Origin: the human T2T-CHM13v2.0 reference genome, Homo sapiens
Assembly (NCBI RefSeq): GCF_009914755.1
Contig: NC_060933.1
Reading direction: 5' to 3' (one strand)
DNA length: 64,000 nucleotides
Position numbers and translations under genes: made by a program. Positions 57,845-64,000 of this stretch are shown in pieces (position 1 is the first letter of the stretch; every line of letters begins with the position of its first letter). A model generated the notes under the pieces. That model did no database searches. It was not told the DNA's origin and worked only from the letters and a program-made list of their open reading frames with translations.

Positions 57845-58604
57845 TAGGGATTTATTGACTCACTTAGGCATTTATCTGTTCTCAGCATAGCTGGATCATT
57901 CTAGATCTATTCTAGAGGTCCAAGCATTAACACTAGCTCATCCTGTTTCTCAGATCTATTGTTCTCTGTGCTGACTGGCTTCATTCGTAGGCCTTCTGTA
58001 GTAAGAGGAAAATGGCTTTGGGTACTTTTGACTTCCATGTCCTTAACACCTATGTCTCAGACAGAGATAGTATCTTTTTTGATAATTCTGGTTAAAGCAC
58101 AAGAAGTTCTTTCATTGGTTCAGCTTGGATTATTCCTGGTCCAATCAGTGGGGTCTGATGTTTGGATTGGATGGGTGTGAATGGTGTACCCACCTCCCTA
58201 ATGGGGATGCAGTGAAGTATAGGGTGGTTAACCATCCCTTATCACCATCCATACCCTATGGATAGATTTTCTGATAAGAAACACAGAAGAAAGGAAATGA
58301 TGCTAAAGAGAGTAAATAGTTAACTGTTAAAAGACCAAAACCTAGTACTTGTGTCATCTAATAGAGAATCCTATGTACATTGTACACTTCCTTTTTTTTA
58401 GAAAAATTAAAATAATTTTAAATAGTCTTTGTGAAAGCTTCAAAGATTCTTCCAGGCCTTATGTGTTTGTCCTTTCAGCTTTTCATTATAACTTTATGAA
58501 AATATTTTAGCCACTCTTTTAACAATTTATTGAATGTCTGCTATGTCGTTTTACCTGCAGTGTCATTTAATCTTTTCTCAAGTTGATAATTTAAAAAATA
58601 ACTT

Positions 58605-60365
<1,761 letters not shown>

Positions 60366-63300
60366 AGTGCTCTCAGATTTTTAATTCCTATGCATAGCAT
60401 ACAGTAAACCTCATCTGGAAGTCCCATACACGGCACAGTGCAGGCTGCTCAATTTTTCTGCCTTGGAAGGATGAAAAGCTAAGTTGAAAAATCATTTTAT
60501 CAGTTTCACTCCAGTTGTTACATTTTGGCTTTAGAAATATCCTTCATCTCCTGCATCTCATAATCTCCTGCCTTTGAGGTTGTGTCATAGATATTATATC
60601 ACCCAAGTGCTTTCAATTTGAACTTCTTCAAGAGGGGTGCCTATGTCTCAGAAGTTTCCCGTAGGTCCTATTTTACAGTTATTATTTCAGTTCCTTCTAC
60701 GCTAGCTTGTTGAAGAAAGTTCTCTAACCAAAGGCAATTCTAATTGCCTTTGAAACCAGTACTAGTCAAGCTGTACAGTAGTTTTATGAAGACTGAGCAC
60801 TCAACCTGGAGTTCCTTAAAAAGAAGACACAACAGGAAGGCCCAAGATACCCTTTTGCCCTTCAAAATGAACTGCCAGTGCCCCTGCTTTCATGCCTTGA
60901 GTGAACATATTCCATTAGAACAAGACTGTACTTTTGGTTTTACTTAAGAATAACTCTCTGAGAAATGTGTTGTTTAGCAATATTCCTTTCAAATTCACAA
61001 GCGCTAATTGAAATTACTCTCTATGCTATCTTTCTAGCAAGACTTAAGGTTTCATGAATAGATAGTGATCCTCTTCTCATGTTTCAGGGTTCTGTCTTCA
61101 TACTCTGTTCTCCTTCCTTTCCTCCATGTCTTTCCCCTTGACTGTATCACTTAAAAAGCTATTCTTTAAAATTAGTGATATTGCTTCTAATTTATATATT
61201 TCATCTCCTTAACCGTACTGTAAACCTCTCTGAGTCAGGAAGTATATGTCTTGTATTTATTTTGTATTTTCACACAATGGTCACTTAGTTCAAATAATTC
61301 ATAAATTTTTGGCATCTAGGTTAGAATGGCACAAAATAAGGCATAGTTCTTGTCTTCAAAGTGCTTTTAACCTTTAGAAGAGATGTGACATGCAAGTTTA
61401 ATATGCAAGAGTTATTAAAGAGAGCACAATCAGTTTCTCCTCAGGAAAACAGTGGGGACAGATGGTATTAAGAGCCATGCCTTAGTAGCACTGGATTATT
61501 GGGATATTTTAATGTGTGTATTTGCTGGATCACAGCATTATAAAGGAGACATTTAAAGAAAACACTAATGATCGTAATCCCTTCTATGTATAATTCTTGG
61601 TGGTGGGCAAAACTCATTCCCGTTGTTATTTCATTTTCGTTTCATTACCCTTTGAATCAACGGATCACATTTATTATGAACATATAAAAATCTCACCTAT
61701 TTAGCTTTCAGAGTTTTGTTTTGTTTTTCCTAATTGCCTTGATGATCAGAAAACAGAAATATCAGAGTCTTGACCTCTCTCTGCCATGATCTTTTGTGTT
61801 GAGTTTAGCACTCTTGAAGAAAGGAGAGATTTGTTTATAGCATCTGCCCTGACAAGTCAGTACTGATTCTCTATCCTGGTTAACCAGATTTATTAGTGAC
61901 TTTCTTATAATACTATTGTAACATTACTTTTGCTTTCCTTCTCCACCTCATGCAAAGAGAAATGAAGTAGGAACTTTTTGCTTGTTTGACATATTCCTGA
62001 TTTTTTTGTAGGTTTCTCTGAGGTGATGTAGCTTTTTTGGACAGTACACCTGCTATGATATGTAATAGTTTGTACTGTTTTGCTAAGTGATTTTTCTTCC
62101 TTTAACAGAAGTATATTTTAACTGTTTGGTTTCTTTTTTCTTTGTGTTCCAATATTCTTTGAGGAGAATAGAAAATGGAAGAAGAAACCTTAGTAAATAA
62201 GTTTTTTTTGTGTTACCGAGAAACTGTTTAATAATAAATGTTTCCCGATCCACTTGATGTCCACTTTTTTAAAAAATGGCCTTTATTGAAGGCAAAATTT
62301 GGTTTCGATTTTGCTTAGATGAAATTGCATTATTTTGCTATTATTCAGGAGACTGTTTCTCACCTGGTTGATCATTTCAACTGTTTCTTTCTGTGCTTCA
62401 AATCATGAGAATCCCATTTGCCCCACCGCAGACTTGGCATGTCGAATAAATGTGATGGCAGCAATTAACATCACGATTGCAATGAAAATGTAAAAAGGAA
62501 ATAGTTGCAAAGTTGTAGTAGGGAAAACAAAAGCTGGAAAAGCAGCTTTTTATAAATAATTATGAAATTATTTTCATTTTTCCTACATAGGATTGAAAAG
62601 TAAACAAATTCTCTGGTTATTTTACATGTTGATTGTTTCTGCCATATAGCTTAGGACTCTATATAGTTGTGGTTAGTTTTGTTTTTACATTTTAAGAACA
62701 ACACAATAAATTGGAGTCATCAGTGTTCTACATAGATGAAAAGAAATTTATTATTAGAAAAAGCCAAAGGACTTAAAATGTTCCCTTACTTACACATAAA
62801 TTTAAGTATATTTTTTCCTAGCTAGTAGGTCATTGTGTTATTATTGTGTGTTGCAGAAAGTATTTCACTTAAATTTGAAAATAATTATTAACTGGCTAGT
62901 GTTTCATTTTTTATTTAAAAGAACATTATCTAAATATTTATATAAAGCAAAGCAGTCATTCTTTTCATCCTAAGTGTTTACTAGTTTTCATTGTTTAATA
63001 TTGATTTTCCTTTTTGTTGGTATTAGATTCTTATTACAATGCGTTTGCTCTTTGCCCTGTGATGTTGCTTTGTTGGCTTGTTCATCTACGTTGTAGACCT
63101 AGATGACCTTCATGTTCTAGTCCTTTGAGTTTTTTACTAGGCTGAAACAAAAGAAAGCGATTGGTTGCTAGTAAAAGAACTGAACAAAGGCAGACAGGGA
63201 GGGTTTTAAGCATGGGATACTGCCTTAGAAAACAGCAGGTATATCTCAGCTCGGTCTATGAAAACCAGCTTCTATAAGGCTAGGCCACCACACTGTCATT

Positions 63301-63764
63301 TTTTTATTATTGGCCATCCCTTAGTCTCTGTACACTGTTGAAAAAGTGATGATTCATCACAGGATAGTTAGAAATAATTGGCCTGTTCAAACCCTTTACA
63401 GTTGGGGAAGTTGGTTTTCTACATCATATAACCCTGATGTCCATTATGCATGTATATTTGGGACACAGTCTGCCTTTTAACTGCACTGTGCTTTACCTGT
63501 ATGTTTAATTCAGGATGAGATTGGTTCCTAAAGCTTTTAAACAAAGACTTTTTCTTTTTGCTGTTTTTATCTTTTAATATCAATATTGAATGAAAACATA
63601 TGGGAACCATTCAGAGATGTTCAGTAGACATTAAAATAAAAAGGAAAATGTTTGACAGTTTCCCTGGGTAAGCTGCGAGGCATTTATGTAGCAAAATGAT
63701 GTATTAAAAGCCAATTATTAGAATAATGATCAACATAAAACCTGGGCTTTATACATCATTAGAA

Positions 63765-63890
63765 GGTTGTCTGTTGTGGTTGAGGGTTTGGGGCAGTATA
63801 CATTTGAGTCTGAATACTCCTCCTTATAAGTGACTCATTTTGTGAAGAGAATACAGAAAAATCTTCAAAAACTTTACTTACCTTTCCCAT
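63765..63890 (+). mobile_element. MIR (degenerate)
   Basis: GTGGTTGAGGGTTTGGGGCAG...TTTGAGTCTGAATACTCC. Confidence 0.45.
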
Positions 63891-64000
63891 GATTGGTGTT
63901 CGTTTTTTGTTCAGGTCCTGTTTTTCTCATAGTAAAATAACTCAGTATATATTTTTGGCTTTAGATTGTTACTAATTTAATCTAGTTTCTCAGAATATTA

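Overview
Primate (human-like) genomic DNA, AT-rich (roughly 35-38% GC by eye) and CpG-depleted, with no CpG island and no recognisable functional coding exon. The + strand looks T/G-rich outside L1 blocks, consistent with the inside of one very large intron transcribed left-to-right; I cannot name the host gene from sequence alone. Much of the window is interspersed repeat: about 30 Alu-family elements (many with readable TSDs), old L1M relics, a 1.5-kb 5'-truncated L1PA, L2/MIR/CR1 remnants, MaLR LTRs and hAT/Tigger fossils. The longer ORFs in the track are repeat or low-complexity artefacts. Best items: (i) a minus-strand RPL21 processed-pseudogene fragment (28.8-29.1 kb) missed by the ORF track; (ii) a 54-nt double-hairpin, non-Alu/non-L1 retroposed insert with poly(A) and a perfect 15-bp TSD (46.77 kb); (iii) several repeat-free, CpG-retaining blocks with developmental TF motifs (~3.0-3.5, 15.3-15.8, 38.8-39.6, 61.5-62.6 kb) that look like conserved enhancers, one with nested inverted repeats; (iv) fossil repair/recombination scars. 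I see no evidence for a novel multi-gene system. Repeat families are called by eye from remembered consensus sequences; old-repeat boundaries are approximate.
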